Shown: positions 38,218 to 47,550 of the stretch, piece by piece | Layout of the letters: the number at the start of each line of letters is the position of its first letter | How positions within the stretch are numbered: position 1 is the first letter of the stretch | Source: Verrucomicrobiota bacterium | Lineage (GTDB): Bacteria; Verrucomicrobiota; Verrucomicrobiia; Verrucomicrobiales; DEV007 | Direction: 5' to 3' | Assembly (NCBI GenBank): GCA_039182965.1 | Contig: JBCDBW010000002.1 | Coordinates: forward strand, 15,063 to 79,062 | Length of the DNA: 64,000 nt | Notes under the pieces: model-generated | Databases searched by the model: none | Told to the model about the DNA's origin: nothing | The model's input: the letters and a program-made list of their open reading frames with translations, nothing else | Translations under genes and position numbers: made by a program

Positions 38218-39219
38218 CTAGTCGACGACGGGATGGAAAAAGATGTTCCGGTATTGGACGGAGGTATGATCGCCCTGCAGGTAGAGGGGACCTGGAGAGG
38301 TGATATCGGATTGGTAGGCGCCCATGGTGTTGCCGACAATGGGTTGGTTATCGATGACCGTTTCTCCATTGAGGATGACGGTGGCGTGGCGATCGACGAT
38401 GGTGATTTCGTATTTTTGCCATTCACCGCCTACCTTGCCGGCCATCTTCGTAGGTTCGATGCGGCCAAAGATGGCGCCGACCCCCTGGATGCCCTGCATG
38501 CGGGAGTCACGATCGACGACTTGGGCTTCGTAGGCGCCACGGACGTAAATGCCGCTATTGCCGCCGGGGGGGACGTTGAATTCGATTTCGAGTTTGCCAT
38601 CGCCGAAGACACCTTCGGTGCGGAGGTTTCCGTAGCGTGAGAAGGGGTCGAAGGTTTCTTTTGGGGTTTCGTTGACGAGGATGCCGTCGGCGGCTTTCCA
38701 GCCGTTGCGGTGTTCGGGGTTGGAGAGTTTCCAACCGGAGAGGTCGGTGCCGTTGAAGAGGGAGACCGGCTCGCCGAATTTTACCTGAGAGAGGTCGGGG
38801 GCATCCGGGAGGGGCGGGAGACGTTTACCTGTGTGCGTGAGGGTGGATTGATCGGGAAGGGTGGTCACGAGGGTGATGGTGTCGCCATCGACGGTTGCCG
38901 TATGTGAGCAGGGAACGCGGTCTCCGGTGGGCGGGCCGCCGGGGAACTCGGGGTTACCCACTCGAAGGTTTCGGGTGAAGGTGAGTTCGTTATTGGCGAA
39001 GTCGAAGTCGGCGAGGTTCTTTGATTGTCCGACGGACCAGAGTTGGCCGGTGAACTGGTTGTCGACGACCTCAAGGGTGAGCCAACCGGCGTCGCTATTG
39101 TTCATTTTGATGGCCCAGTTGCCGATGAATTCACCGGCGCCGGCAAACGCGGATAGTGGGAGGAGGGTGATGCCGAAAAGGACAATCAGGAAGCGATCAA
39201 TCGGCGGGTGAGTGATCAT
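38218..39219 (-). CDS. secreted DUF1080 (3-keto-disaccharide hydrolase family) protein with N-terminal beta domain
   Basis: ATG 39219 overlaps the upstream TAA (TAATG) and gives signal peptide MITHPPIDRFLIVLFGITLLPLSAFA. SLFNGTDLSGWKL and LYLQGDHTSVQYRNIFFHPV motifs. Confidence 0.85.
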   Translation of the reverse strand: MITHPPIDRFLIVLFGITLLPLSAFAGAGEFIGNWAIKMNNSDAGWLTLEVVDNQFTGQLWSVGQSKNLADFDFANNELTFTRNLRVGNPEFPGGPPTGDRVPCSHTATVDGDTITLVTTLPDQSTLTHTGKRLPPLPDAPDLSQVKFGEPVSLFNGTDLSGWKLSNPEHRNGWKAADGILVNETPKETFDPFSRYGNLRTEGVFGDGKLEIEFNVPPGGNSGIYVRGAYEAQVVDRDSRMQGIQGVGAIFGRIEPTKMAGKVGGEWQKYEITIVDRHATVILNGETVIDNQPIVGNTMGAYQSDITSPGPLYLQGDHTSVQYRNIFFHPVVD

Positions 39220-40778
39220 TATTTCTTTTTCTTTGAGTGAGAGATGGAGGGGCGGGCGACTTTTTCGTTGGGGCCGCGCATAACGTAGGGTTCCCACTGG
39301 GCTTTTGCTTTTTCCCATTCTTCAAGGGTGCGGGTGGGATACCAGGCGGGCCAGCCGATCGAGTTGAAGTCCAGACTGTCGGGGTTATCGCGAACCCACA
39401 CATCGACGGTATCGGTGGGGCAGGACTCGGGGAAGGCGTTTTCGGCGCGGAAGGTATCGGAGACCCCTTGGTCATCGATCACGTTTTCGCGCCAGTCTTG
39501 GAGTTCGGCGAGGAGTTTCGCTTTGATATCGGCGTATTCCGGGTCATCGGCGACATTGTTAACTTCGTGGGGGTCTTTCTTAAGGTCGAAGAGTTCGAAA
39601 TCGGGTTTGGTGGGCGCGAAAAAGGCGGCTTGTTCGGGGTTGAGTTGGCCTTTCATGTTGAGGATGTTCATTTCGGCGAGCATGGGGTAGGCGCCCTCTT
39701 TGTATCGGTTGTATTGGCACCAAGCGCGCTCGGGCATTAGGTTTTGGATGAGTTTGTAGTCTTTCGAGCGGATGGCGCGCATGGAGTCGTGGGTTTCGTC
39801 CATCTTATCGCGCGCGGCGAAGACGTATTGGCGGTTTTTCACATCGTCGCTGAAGAGGCTTTTTCCGTGGAGCGGGACGGGCGCTTCAACCCCAGCGGCT
39901 TCGAGGATTGTGGCGCAGAGGTCGATGGATTGGACGAGGTCGTCGCTGACTTGACCGGGTTCGATTTTTCCGGGCCAGCGGACGATCATGGGGATGCGGA
40001 TTCCGCCGTCGTAGAGGAATTGTTTGCCGCGGATGTGGCAGCGGCCGTGGTCGCCGATAAAGATGACGATTGTATTTTCGGCGAGGCCTTCGTCGTCGAG
40101 GCGTTTCAGAACTTCGCCGACCTGGCGATCGACGAGTTGCATTTGTTCGAGGCCGTTTGCCCAGTCGCGTTTGACGAAGTCGGTGTCGGGATAGTAGGGG
40201 GGCAGTTCGACGTCGGCGATATCGATGGGGCGGTCGGGGTCGCGATCCCACGTGCGATGGGTGCCACCGAAGGTAATGCGGGCGAAGAAGGGTTGATCGG
40301 GCTCACGTTCGTTCCAATCGCGGCCCATAAAGAGATCGGCGTGGCTATTGGGCGTAAAGTTGCAGTCGATTTTCTTGCTGAGAAGGGCGGTGAAATACCC
40401 AGCGTCGGCGAGCAGGTGAGGGACGGGTTTGATCCCGTGGGGGAGGGGCTGTTTGTCGTGTTCGCGGTGTTGATTGGCGCGGATATAATTTTGGTGGAAG
40501 CCGGTCATCATGGCGGACCGGGAAGTGGAGCAGACCGGCGAGGTGGTGAAGGCGTTTTCGTATCGGATGCCTTCTTCGGCGAGTTTATCGACGTGCGGGG
40601 TGTGGAGGCCTTTGGTGCCGTAGCATGAGAGGTCGGCGGACCAGTCTTCGATGGTGATCCACAATACGTTAGGGGAATCCGCGGTTTCATCCAGATGCGG
40701 CTTTGCTGCGTCCAGGGATGTGATACCGGCGGTGGCGAGGGCGGTGCATGCGAGGAGGTATTTCAGGGGGGGATTCAT
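39219..40778 (-). CDS. sulfatase (S1 family) with atypical C-S-T-S-R active-site motif
   Basis: Signal peptide. NVLWITIEDWSADLSCYG. VCSTSRSAMMTG, verified on DNA at 40518-40532 as TGC TCC ACT TCC CGG. Confidence 0.88.
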   Translation of the reverse strand: MNPPLKYLLACTALATAGITSLDAAKPHLDETADSPNVLWITIEDWSADLSCYGTKGLHTPHVDKLAEEGIRYENAFTTSPVCSTSRSAMMTGFHQNYIRANQHREHDKQPLPHGIKPVPHLLADAGYFTALLSKKIDCNFTPNSHADLFMGRDWNEREPDQPFFARITFGGTHRTWDRDPDRPIDIADVELPPYYPDTDFVKRDWANGLEQMQLVDRQVGEVLKRLDDEGLAENTIVIFIGDHGRCHIRGKQFLYDGGIRIPMIVRWPGKIEPGQVSDDLVQSIDLCATILEAAGVEAPVPLHGKSLFSDDVKNRQYVFAARDKMDETHDSMRAIRSKDYKLIQNLMPERAWCQYNRYKEGAYPMLAEMNILNMKGQLNPEQAAFFAPTKPDFELFDLKKDPHEVNNVADDPEYADIKAKLLAELQDWRENVIDDQGVSDTFRAENAFPESCPTDTVDVWVRDNPDSLDFNSIGWPAWYPTRTLEEWEKAKAQWEPYVMRGPNEKVARPSISHSKKKK

Positions 40779-40796
40779 CCTTTTCGAGATTTGGAG

Positions 40797-43547
40797 TTAT
40801 TGGACACCGGAGAACTGGTCGACATTCATCTCTTGTTCCCAGGTGATGAGTTGTTTCGTGAGTTTTTGGACGATCTCTGGGTGGGCTTCCGCGAGATCCG
40901 CTTGTTCGTAGCGATCTTTTTCGACGTTGTATAGGTTTACTTTGCCGCTGCGGTAGGCGAGCAATTTCCATGGTCCTTCGCGAACGGAGGCGTAGAGGTC
41001 TTGGTAAGCTCGGTATGCGAAGACTGGCTGACCGCGTTCAAGAGTGGCATTATTTTTGATGGTGGACAAGAGGGAGACGCCATCGAGGTCTTCGTGATTA
41101 GCGGGGTTGCCGCCGGCGATTTCGACGAAGGTGGGGAAGAGGTCCGTGGTTTGGACGATGCTGGTATTCGTGGCGCCTTTCGCGGGAGTGACGCCGGGCC
41201 AATGAACGAAGAACGGGACGCGGGCGCCGCCTTCGCCGAGGGTGTCGGTGCGTTTGCTGCCGCGGAAGGGTGGATTTTCCCACCAGCTGCCTTGATCGGA
41301 GGTAAACACGATGAGGGTATCTTTGTCGACGCCCTTGGCTTTGAGGGTGTCGCGCACGCGACCGACGGATTCGTCGACGGAGGCGATCATCGCGGCGTAT
41401 TGGGCTTCGGCACCTTCGAGGCCTTTGTCTTCGAAATGTTTGACGAGGTCTTTTCGGCCGATGTGGGGTTTGTGGACGCCGTAGTACCAGAGGGAAATCA
41501 TGAAGGGTTGATTGCGGTCGTAGTCTTCGATGAAGGCAACGGTTTCGTCCGTAAGTTTGTCGGTGAGGTATCTTTCCTTTTCCTCTTCCAAGACGTCGGA
41601 GTATTTGAAATACGGCGGGTAATAGGACCCGGGGTGGCCAGCGTTCGCGGTTCCGATTTGGCGATCGAAGCCTTGTTTGACAGGGTGGAATTTTTCGTGA
41701 CCGAGGTGCCATTTACCGACGAAGAGGTTGTAGTATCCGAGTCTTTTGAGAGCTTCGGCGTAGGTGGTGTGTTCGAGGGGGAGCCAATTGCGGCATGGGA
41801 ATTGGGCGGGGTCGTCGGGCCAGAGATTGAATTCCACATCGGTGCGTCCGAAGTCATCGAAGTCGGGGTGTTTGGGGCCGCCGGGAATATGGCGGACGAT
41901 TTGGAGGCGAGCGGGGTGTTTGCCGGTAACGAGGGTGCTTCGGCTGGGGCTACAGGTGGGGCTGGCGATGTAGGCTTGTTCGAAGTCGATACTTTCGGAG
42001 GCTAGTTGGTCGATGCGGGGTGTTTCGTAGACAGGATGTCGATATCCGACGTCTGTCCAGCCGAGGTCATCGACGAAGAAGAGAACGATATTCGGTTTGT
42101 CATCCGAGCGGTCCTTTCTTACTGCGGGATCGAGAGGGGCGTTGGAATTGGGGATCTTTGCGGAGTGGCTTTTGGTTACGGATTGATGCTTGGGGTCATC
42201 GGCCAGGTTGGTGAACTCATTCGGATCGGAACGATGGTCGTAGAGTTCTTCCGAGCCATCGGCGTATTTGATGTATCGCCAGTTTTGGGAGCGGACGGCG
42301 TTGTTGCCGGGACCCTGGGTGGTGAGGGCGACCCGATTTTTCTGGGCGTCGGGATTCTTCAGGAGGGGGACGAGACTTTTTCCGTCGAGGTTAGGCGGCG
42401 ACTCGAGTTCGCAGAGTTCGGCGAGGGTGGGGTAGACATCGATGAGGCTTACGGGCCGCCGGGACTGCCTGCCTCTTTTGATGCCGGGGGCAGCGACGAT
42501 GAGGGGGACGTTAGTCGTTTGTTCCCAGAGGGCAAATTTTTCCCAGTGTTCTTTATGGCCGAGGTGATATCCGTGGTCAGACCAGAGCACGACGACCGTG
42601 TTATCGGCGATCGGGCTTTTCTCCAGGGCGTCGAGGAGGCGACCGACCATGGCATCGGCGAAGGTGGCGGAGGCGAGATAGGCTTGGACGGCATCGGGCC
42701 ATTTTTTGTTTTCCGTGATCCATTCGTGCCAATGGCGCCGGGCCATATCCTGGCCGGCGGCGGGGACATCATCGAGATCATCTGGGGGAGCTTCCGGGGT
42801 ATAATCGGAATCGGGGTATTGGTCGAAGTATGAGGCGGGGGTATACCAAGGAATGTGTGGGCGGTAGATGCCGACGGCGAGAAAGACGGGCTGCTCATGA
42901 TCTTGCGCGAGGATTTCTTCGGCCCATGAGACGACTTTGGCGTCGCCCATTTCATCGTCTTCGATCTCGAGGGCGGCCCAGTCAAAGAAGCCTTTGTAGA
43001 ATTTTTTGTTTCCGTTGGTGGGAACCTGAGGGGGGAGCGCTTCTTTTGGGAGTTGTTGTTGTTTTGAGGGGAAGAAGTCGTCCCAAGGTTCCGGGTCGAG
43101 ATAGCCTTCGTGCCCCCAGTTGCTCAGGGAAGCGGCGTGATAGAGTTTTCCTCCGCCGAGGGTGAGGTAGCCGTTGTCTTTAAAAAGCTGCGGCAGGGTT
43201 GTGGCGTCTTTGAGAGTGTTCGATTCGCGCCAGTCTTGCCAGTTGTAGTAGACGCCGCTGGAATTGGGGTGGAGACCAGTCATCACCGCGACGCGGGAAG
43301 GGTTGCACGCGGGGGCGGCACAGTGAGCGTTGGTGAAGAGGACCCCGTTTTGGGCGAGCCGATCGATGTGGGGTGTATGGGCTTTTGGCTCGTGGTTGAG
43401 GGCTCCGATGCCGTTATTGAGGTCATCGATGGCGATGAAGAGGACATTATAACGCGAGGCTTCATCCGAGTGTGGTTTTGCCGCGACGGGCGAAGCCACG
43501 ACGACGGACAGAGTGAGGATGCCGGCGAGGTAGAGGAGGCGGGGCAT
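40797..43547 (-). CDS. tandem (double-domain) sulfatase
   Basis: Signal peptide. Domain 1: NVLFIAIDDLNNGIG and CNPSRVAVMTG. Domain 2: NIVLFFVDDLGWTDVGY and CSPSRSTLVTG. Same domain order as the 18042 gene. Confidence 0.9.
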   Translation of the reverse strand: MPRLLYLAGILTLSVVVASPVAAKPHSDEASRYNVLFIAIDDLNNGIGALNHEPKAHTPHIDRLAQNGVLFTNAHCAAPACNPSRVAVMTGLHPNSSGVYYNWQDWRESNTLKDATTLPQLFKDNGYLTLGGGKLYHAASLSNWGHEGYLDPEPWDDFFPSKQQQLPKEALPPQVPTNGNKKFYKGFFDWAALEIEDDEMGDAKVVSWAEEILAQDHEQPVFLAVGIYRPHIPWYTPASYFDQYPDSDYTPEAPPDDLDDVPAAGQDMARRHWHEWITENKKWPDAVQAYLASATFADAMVGRLLDALEKSPIADNTVVVLWSDHGYHLGHKEHWEKFALWEQTTNVPLIVAAPGIKRGRQSRRPVSLIDVYPTLAELCELESPPNLDGKSLVPLLKNPDAQKNRVALTTQGPGNNAVRSQNWRYIKYADGSEELYDHRSDPNEFTNLADDPKHQSVTKSHSAKIPNSNAPLDPAVRKDRSDDKPNIVLFFVDDLGWTDVGYRHPVYETPRIDQLASESIDFEQAYIASPTCSPSRSTLVTGKHPARLQIVRHIPGGPKHPDFDDFGRTDVEFNLWPDDPAQFPCRNWLPLEHTTYAEALKRLGYYNLFVGKWHLGHEKFHPVKQGFDRQIGTANAGHPGSYYPPYFKYSDVLEEEKERYLTDKLTDETVAFIEDYDRNQPFMISLWYYGVHKPHIGRKDLVKHFEDKGLEGAEAQYAAMIASVDESVGRVRDTLKAKGVDKDTLIVFTSDQGSWWENPPFRGSKRTDTLGEGGARVPFFVHWPGVTPAKGATNTSIVQTTDLFPTFVEIAGGNPANHEDLDGVSLLSTIKNNATLERGQPVFAYRAYQDLYASVREGPWKLLAYRSGKVNLYNVEKDRYEQADLAEAHPEIVQKLTKQLITWEQEMNVDQFSGVQ

Positions 43548-43565
43548 GGAGGGGGTTATTTTTGC

Positions 43566-44870
43566 TTATGTGATGAGTTCGTTGATGAGGCCTGTGGAGT
43601 CTCCAAAAGAATCCGTATTGACCCCGCAGCCCTTGAGTTGGGAGAGCCAGAGGTTGCAGAGGGGGGTTTTGGGATCATCCATGACGATATGTTGGCCTTG
43701 TTTGAAGCCGGCTCCCCCTCCGGCGATTAGCGTTGGGCAATTTCGGAGGGTATGCACGGAGAAGAGGTTCGTGCCGAAGGTCAGGGATGTTTGGTCGAAG
43801 AGACTGGAGCCATCGGCTTCCTTTGATGCTTTGAGTTTATCGATGAAACGGGCGAGGAATTTCGCATTGTGGAAATCCCGCATCTCGGACACGTCGCGAC
43901 GTTCGCCGTGGGAGTAGTGACTCATTGTATGCGCACTGATTCCGGCGCCGAGGCTAGAGATCATGGTATCGACGGGCATGCGGTAAGTGAAGACGCGGGT
44001 GGCGTCGACTTGCATTGCGGCGACCATCAGGTCGACCATTACTCCCATTTCCTCATAGCCGATGAGGGAATCGGAAGGTTCGGTGAGGGGTGGGTCGGGT
44101 TGTTTCTTTTCGATGCCGAGCCATTGTTCTTCTTTTGAGAGGCGAACTTCGATTTCGCGAACGGACTCGAAGTATTCATCGAGTTTCTCGTTATCAGACT
44201 TGCTGATTTTGCCTTGCACGGATTTGGCGTCGGACATCACCGTATCGAGGACGCTGCGTTGTTCGGAGAGGCGGGCTTGGCGTTCGGCGAGGGGGGTATT
44301 TTCGTTGGAGAAGAGGCGATGGAAGGCGGCGACTGGGGTTTCGAGGCCTGAGACTGGTTTCCCTTGTCGGTTCCATGCGAGTGAGAGGCCGGGACCGTGT
44401 CCATCGCCGCCGGAGTTGCCTTTTCCCTTGGCGCAGAGTTGGATTGAGGCGAACCGAGTGTCCGTGCCGAGTTGTTCAGCTGCGAGTTGGTCGACGGAAA
44501 TCGTATTGTGAAAGCTTTGGCCAGGGACGGCGTATCGATTGGCACCGGTTAGCCAGAAAGTGCTGCCGCTGTGACCGTCCTGCGAATCTTTATGCATGAG
44601 ATTTTGGAGGAAGGTCAGGTCGTGACGATGTTTTTCGAGGGGTTTGAGTATATCGGGAAACGTGTAATCGGTGCCGACGTCGTCTTGATGGGGAAACCAT
44701 TTATCGGCGGTGACGCCGAAGCCCATGCCGAGCCAGACCATACGTTTTGGGCTGACGGGAGCGGTCGCAGCGGCGGCGAATTTGCGGAATCCGAATGATT
44801 CGAGGAAAGGCAACGCGATGGCGGCAGAGCTGCTTTTCAGGATGGCGCGACGAGTGATGTTGTTTTTCAT
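43566..44870 (-). CDS. DUF1552 domain protein, Tat-like signal
   Basis: ATG 44870 lies 7 nt after the upstream stop and gives MKNNITRRAILKSSSAAIALPFLESF. Paralogous to 29518 (HSGSTFWLTG, SHYSHGE, FGTNLFSVHTLRNCPTLIAGG). Confidence 0.85.
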   Translation of the reverse strand: MKNNITRRAILKSSSAAIALPFLESFGFRKFAAAATAPVSPKRMVWLGMGFGVTADKWFPHQDDVGTDYTFPDILKPLEKHRHDLTFLQNLMHKDSQDGHSGSTFWLTGANRYAVPGQSFHNTISVDQLAAEQLGTDTRFASIQLCAKGKGNSGGDGHGPGLSLAWNRQGKPVSGLETPVAAFHRLFSNENTPLAERQARLSEQRSVLDTVMSDAKSVQGKISKSDNEKLDEYFESVREIEVRLSKEEQWLGIEKKQPDPPLTEPSDSLIGYEEMGVMVDLMVAAMQVDATRVFTYRMPVDTMISSLGAGISAHTMSHYSHGERRDVSEMRDFHNAKFLARFIDKLKASKEADGSSLFDQTSLTFGTNLFSVHTLRNCPTLIAGGGAGFKQGQHIVMDDPKTPLCNLWLSQLKGCGVNTDSFGDSTGLINELIT

Positions 44871-44877
44871 GGTGACG

Positions 44878-47535
44878 TTACTTGCTTTGGAATGTTTTTG
44901 ATTGGACGAGAGCGTGAATGAAGTCGGCGATTTCGTAGTCGCTTGATTTTGCCTGGGCAACGATCTTGTGGGCGAGTTCGTGATCGGTGAATCCGAAGGG
45001 GCGACCGAGTCCGTACGATATGAGAGCTTCCGTGAGACCCATCGCGAAGCCGTCTAGTTCGTCGGCGACGAGATCGCGCAGTTCGAAGAAACTCGAGAAG
45101 GTTCTTCCTTGGTTGAGAGTGCCGCTGGGATCGATGGGGAACTCACCGAGAACCGATTGTTTTCTGCCTCGGATGACATCCGTTTCTCGCCACATACCTG
45201 CGGCGTCGAAGTTCTCCATACCGAACCCGATGGGATCGATTTTCTGGTGGCATTGGGCGCACTGCGGTTCTTGTTGGTGGATGAGGACGAGATCGCGTGA
45301 GGAGAGGATTTCGTCTTCGAAGCGACTTAATTGGGGGACATTTGGGGGAGCGGGTGGTGGGGGGTCGTTGAGGAGTTTTCGGAGGACCCAGACGCCGCGT
45401 TCCACGGGCGAAGATCGTTGTCCATCGGATCCCATGGCGGCGACGGCGGCGGAGCCGATGAGGCCGCCGCGCGGAGAGTCTTTGGGGACAGTGACTTTCC
45501 GCCAGTGATGGCCTTCGACGCCTTCGATACCGTAGTAATCTGCGAGCACATCGTTGATTACGACAAAGTCGGATTTGAGAAGATGGCGCAGAGGAAGCTT
45601 TTCGTGAAGGAGAGTTGAGATGGTTTGGTAGATTTCTTCTCCGGCGCTGTCGCGGGCGGCGTTATCGAACTCGGGGTAATCGCGGCCTTCGAAAGCAAAC
45701 ATTCCGAGCCGATACATTTCGAGCCATTGGAAGGCGAAGCTGCGGATGAATCGATCAGAGCGAGAATCGGCGAGGAGGCGTTTGGTTTGTTTTTCGAGGA
45801 TCCAAGGCTTCGCCAGTTTGCCATCTTTGCCGAGAGCGAGGAGTTCTTCGTCGGGAGGTTCGCTCCAGAGGAAGTATGAGAGGCGGTTTGCCAGTTCGGT
45901 CCCTGTCAATTTTTCGGAGGTTTCGTTGCTGGCAGCTTCCACCATGTAGAGGAAACTGGGCGAGGTGAGTACGATGGCGAGGGGATCGATGAGGGCTTGG
46001 GTGAGATCTTCGCCTTCCGCGCGCTTGATTTGGAAGCGCGTCACGAGTTTGTCGACGAAATCGGGCTCGGGTTGTTTGCCGCGGAAGGCTTGCGTCGTAA
46101 AGCGGCGGATTACTTCCCTGGCGTAGTCTTCTTCACTCTGAGCATCTTCTTTTTCGAAAAGAACTTTTGCGACGGCCGGATTCGGTTCCTCGGGGAGGGG
46201 GCCTTCCATTTCGACCCAATCGATCCAAACGCCCCAAGGGGTTCCGTAGCCGTTTTCCTCAACGTAGATGGAATGTAAGTTTTTGTCGCCGCGATCCATG
46301 TGGGTACGTTTTTGGACCCAGTATGCGGCGTCGGCTCCGGGTTCATGCTCGATCGGGAACTCGATCACTTGTGGATCATTTAGTGGAGCGGAGACTTTGC
46401 GCCAGCCGAGGCGGGTTGCGTTTTGATCTTCGCGGCGGGAAAACTCGAGATAGCGAAAGCGTGCGGGATCATCCTCGTAGGTAGCGGCGCGGACACGGAT
46501 GACGTACTTCCCCGGCTGCCAGGCTCGTAATTGTGGGAATTTCATCTGGGTGAATCCGTTCTTGATGGTTATCATGAGGGCGGCGCCTTTTTTGTTTTCG
46601 GGAGCATCGAGCCATTTTTGAAGAGGGACGAATCTGTCGGAGATGGCTCCGCTTGAGCGGTTGCCTTGCCACGCGTCGAGGAAGCCAAATTGCTTGGCGG
46701 CTTCGTCGGTTCCCCCTGCGCCCAAAAAGGAGTAGTATCGCTCTGCTCGATCGAGGCTTTCGGCTGCCAAGTTGGCGTAGTGTGGGTAGTAGAATTCTTC
46801 GGGCTCGATACGGATGATTTCGGATTCTCGCAGCGGTTTGGCCAGGAGTGCGAGTTCCAGGGCGTTGCGGGCGGTGCCGAGGTATTGTTCAAGTTGGTCG
46901 CTGGAGAAGTAGAGGGAAGCGCCTTCGGTATCGAATTCTGCGTTGGCGCGATCATCGGGCAGGTTTGAGGTATCGGGTCTGATTCCCAGGAGGGCCTCGA
47001 GCGTGTTCGCGTATTCACGTCGGTTGAGTCGGCGGAGGGCGATCTCACCACCAGAATCGCTCAGGACGCTTCGGGCGAGGACCATTTGTTCGGACAGGTC
47101 ACGGAGGAACTCGGTTTTTTCTTCTGCGCTTACTTGTTTTTTATCTTCCGGCGGCATTTCACCGGAGTTCATCGCATTGAGGACCTTGTTCCAAATTTCG
47201 GCGGTCCGGATGTCATCTGTGAGTGTGAAGGAGAGGGTCTCGAGGTTGACTTCACCTTTCTCGGTGCTGGAGTCGTGGCAATCGAGGCAATACGTGTCCA
47301 AGACATCGAAGTGCCGGTCCGGCATGACGGCTTGCAGATCATCTGTGGCTGCGTGGGCGAAAGTAGTGGAGCAGATCAGGCCGGAGGCGACTATTTTCAG
47401 GGTTCTGAGAGCGACGGTCGTGGATGCAAAGGCGGCAACCAGTCTTTGGTGTCGGCGTGCATTTCCCCCCGGGTGTCGAGGGAGGGATGGAGGGGTGAGG
47501 AAGCTTGGGAGCTTTTTGGTTGTGAAGAGCATCAT
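44878..47535 (-). CDS. PSCyt3/PSD (DUF1587-DUF1592-DUF1595-DUF1588-DUF1585 family) protein
   Basis: 885 aa. CLDCHDSSTEKGEVNLE near the N-terminus. CAQCHQKIDPIGFGMENFD near the C-terminus. Paralogous to 30848. Confidence 0.85.
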   Translation of the reverse strand: MMLFTTKKLPSFLTPPSLPRHPGGNARRHQRLVAAFASTTVALRTLKIVASGLICSTTFAHAATDDLQAVMPDRHFDVLDTYCLDCHDSSTEKGEVNLETLSFTLTDDIRTAEIWNKVLNAMNSGEMPPEDKKQVSAEEKTEFLRDLSEQMVLARSVLSDSGGEIALRRLNRREYANTLEALLGIRPDTSNLPDDRANAEFDTEGASLYFSSDQLEQYLGTARNALELALLAKPLRESEIIRIEPEEFYYPHYANLAAESLDRAERYYSFLGAGGTDEAAKQFGFLDAWQGNRSSGAISDRFVPLQKWLDAPENKKGAALMITIKNGFTQMKFPQLRAWQPGKYVIRVRAATYEDDPARFRYLEFSRREDQNATRLGWRKVSAPLNDPQVIEFPIEHEPGADAAYWVQKRTHMDRGDKNLHSIYVEENGYGTPWGVWIDWVEMEGPLPEEPNPAVAKVLFEKEDAQSEEDYAREVIRRFTTQAFRGKQPEPDFVDKLVTRFQIKRAEGEDLTQALIDPLAIVLTSPSFLYMVEAASNETSEKLTGTELANRLSYFLWSEPPDEELLALGKDGKLAKPWILEKQTKRLLADSRSDRFIRSFAFQWLEMYRLGMFAFEGRDYPEFDNAARDSAGEEIYQTISTLLHEKLPLRHLLKSDFVVINDVLADYYGIEGVEGHHWRKVTVPKDSPRGGLIGSAAVAAMGSDGQRSSPVERGVWVLRKLLNDPPPPAPPNVPQLSRFEDEILSSRDLVLIHQQEPQCAQCHQKIDPIGFGMENFDAAGMWRETDVIRGRKQSVLGEFPIDPSGTLNQGRTFSSFFELRDLVADELDGFAMGLTEALISYGLGRPFGFTDHELAHKIVAQAKSSDYEIADFIHALVQSKTFQSK

Positions 47536-47550
47536 GCGGAGGACGGGGGG

